A model generated the notes under the pieces. The model worked only from the letters and a program-made list of their open reading frames with translations. It had not been told where the DNA came from and ran no database searches. A stretch of DNA of 63,217 nt, filler included, from Atractiella rhizophila (taxonomy: Eukaryota): assembly GCA_021432655.1 (NCBI GenBank). It is 3 parts of 3 records of this genome, joined end to end, with 100 filler letters (N's around TTAATTAATTAA, not from the genome) between each part and the next. Parts side by side here need not be neighbours in the genome. Positions count along the whole stretch, not along the records: positions 44,539 to 63,217 come from MU271857.1; 2 more parts are not named here. One strand, 5' to 3'. Shown piece after piece: positions 61,402 to 63,217 of this stretch (position 1 is the first letter of the stretch; each line of letters starts with the position of its first letter). The position numbers were made by a program, and so were the translations under genes.

Positions 61402-62876
61402 CTAGCCGTTTCGTCCTGATGCTGTACCGACCACCACACCGCGACGAGGAGCGGCTTTGGCAACTGGTTTGCCTCGTTTTGGTTCATTGAATTCGTGTTC
61501 ATGGATGTCTGAGTGTTGGCGGTTATTTGTGGCCTCAAAGCTGCGGTGGGTTATCTCGTTTACCACGACTTGTGCCTTCATTCTGATGTAGAGTTCCCAG
61601 GAGATCGATTTCCATCTGCCCGCCATCATTATGAATTCTATACCTACCTTAAGGGCCCATAGTCTGCTTGCGCCGCCAATTCTGAAGCTATGGCCCGACA
61701 CGTTGTCAATACCTCCTGATACTTCCGCGTCCTGAGACCATACGTTCTTGCATCTGTCCAGGAAGGCTCTTTTCGTGAGCGGGAGAATGGTGTGTTCCTT
61801 TTGGGACCAGTAGGCGAACAATGGGTCTGAGTCGCTAAGTGCGCAGTTGATGCGGAGGTGGTTGAGAATGGCTTCGAGCGAGAGTGTGTTCCCTATTCTC
61901 GCTCGCGGGACGCTGATGTCGACTGGTGTTCCTTTGGACACTTTGTCTTTTGGCAGGCGGAGGCGGATGTAGGGGAGTCCTTCTAAGTCGAATTCTGGGA
62001 AAATCTTGTCCCGCGTCATGTGCGTTTTGGGTGAGAACGAAGGTTTCGATTTCGGTAAGAGTTCGCCGAGTCTGCAGAGCCCGTACAGCCCTGTGACGGC
62101 AGCAGCCCAGACGCAAGCGTCAAAAGGGTTTGAGAGGTCCAGATTCCGTTCTAGGGACGCCATCATCTCTTGGGAGACGGGTGCTCGTGGTCTGCCCGGA
62201 GCGTGAGTCTTTGACTTTGGGTGGGAGTTACTCACTCTTTTTTGTGGGATTGTCCCATTATATTGCTTATTCCTCGTAGCCATTTCGTTAAGACTACGGG
62301 CTTATCCTTCTCCCAGGGCCATGGAGCAGCGTGCAGATCATGCCATGATCTGAGCGAGCTGATGTAGTTCTCGAGGGTTTGGTTCCCGATGGTTGAGAGG
62401 GGACGGAACGTTTGGGGGTAGAGATCCGGAGGGCCTGTTGCCCAGAGGCAGAAGGATACGAGGTGTTGCTGGGATTTAATGGGAAATCTGTCCTCGAAGG
62501 GTATACAAAACTTGTTGCAAAAATCGTTCCATTTGGCCAGTGCCGAGCCGTAAGAATTCCAGGTGGATTCGGCTAGGGAGGCCTCGTTTGCGGCGTACGC
62601 TATGGCCCTGAACACCGGCATGTCGAGTAAGAGATGGGAGAAATTGTCGACGCCACGCCATAAGCGTAGTCGGTCTCCTGCTCAGCAAGGGATGAACCTA
62701 TCCTCCAAGTCTTGGTTGAACGAAGCGTTCTGTCTAGCGAAGGTCTCGTAGGCTATGAGATCTCTGTCCAGTTCTTCTCGCGTTCGCCATGGTGGAGGGT
62801 TAGGCTTTTTCGCTCTCCTGGGGCCACGTTCCTTGGGTTTGCGTTTGGAGTTGCTTGCCTTTCGTTTATTGCTCAT
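61402..62876 (-). CDS. Tyrosine recombinase of a DIRS-type retroelement, frameshifted into three pieces
   Basis: Core-binding region LAESTWNSYGSALAKWNDFC...YISSLRSWH; catalytic R (LCRLGEL), K (PKDK), H-x-x-R (GHSFRIGGA), W (GRWKS) and Y (ELYIR). Confidence 0.9.
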
Positions 62877-63014
62877 GGTGGTTTCGAAGATAGGCTTTCT
62901 TGCACGTGCCTATTCGCGTTCTTTTCTCCTCGTTCTTGGAGGTTTCGTTCTACACTCATGAATTGGATGATTAACCATTGATGCTATGTCAGATAGATAC
63001 ATGAAATGTGATTG

Positions 63015-63217
63015 CTATGCTAAACTATTGGGTACTGGGAGAGAAGAAGGGTTAGAGTGGCTTGTAACGAACTGGGATACTGGTTGTGGAACCGGTATAG
63101 AGACGAAAAGTTGGTATTTGAGATGTGAAAAGGAGCCTCTTGAGGGTCGGTCTGCTGGGTTCTCTTCGGAAGGTATCCATGTGGGTATTAGGGTGACGGC
63201 GAGTCGTTGTGTAACTT
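63015..63217 (-). CDS. C-terminal end of the DIRS-type RNase H (RT-RH continues beyond the window)
   Basis: VTLIPTWIPSEENPADRPSRG matches the DIRS RNase H C-terminal NxAD..SR motif; stop at 63015-63017. Not in the ORF track. Confidence 0.8.
   Translation of the reverse strand, partial: VTQRLAVTLIPTWIPSEENPADRPSRGSFSHLKYQLFVSIPVPQPVSQFVTSHSNPSSLPVPNSLA

Overview
This is an intron-rich fungal genome, most likely a basidiomycete (short ~50-70 nt introns, CCCTAA telomere repeat, fungal housekeeping genes). The window is not one contiguous locus: two identical 100-bp artificial spacers (44 N + TTAATTAATTAA + 44 N) at 22212-22311 and 44439-44538 split it into three pieces, and there is an ordinary N gap at 3160-3301. 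Piece 1 (1-22211) is gene-dense. It holds a spliced DUF262/GmrSD-N-like gene, a Cdc1/MPPE1 gene whose 3' part is missing and replaced by a decayed LINE-like region, ERG8, a Zn-dependent alcohol dehydrogenase, a small S/N/G/Y-rich protein absent from the ORF track, an RSL1D1/Utp30-like gene, a NIPA-type transporter, a TAP-like hydrolase, CNB1, RBG1 and TRM140. Piece 2 (22312-44438) holds PCT1, TYW3, a UPF0052/CofD-like gene, two intronless F-box genes plus an inverted pseudogene copy, a 5'-truncated LINE with an (ATC)9 tail and 15-bp TSD, a single-pass surface protein, a MUP1-like permease and hypothetical genes. Piece 3 (44539-63217) is a chromosome end. The telomere repeats are fused directly into the subterminal repeats of a hAT-like TIR element whose inverted terminus reappears 12.5 kb inward. 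Inward of the telomere are a protein with three F-box-like motifs, a young full-length Ty1/copia element (254-bp LTRs, ACTTA TSD) inside a DUF4246-like pseudogene, a CxC5/KDZ-like remnant, an intron-retaining AP-1 mu fragment, a copia gag remnant and a DIRS-type tyrosine-recombinase retroelement. Exon boundaries were read by eye and family calls rest on motif recognition; no database search was run.
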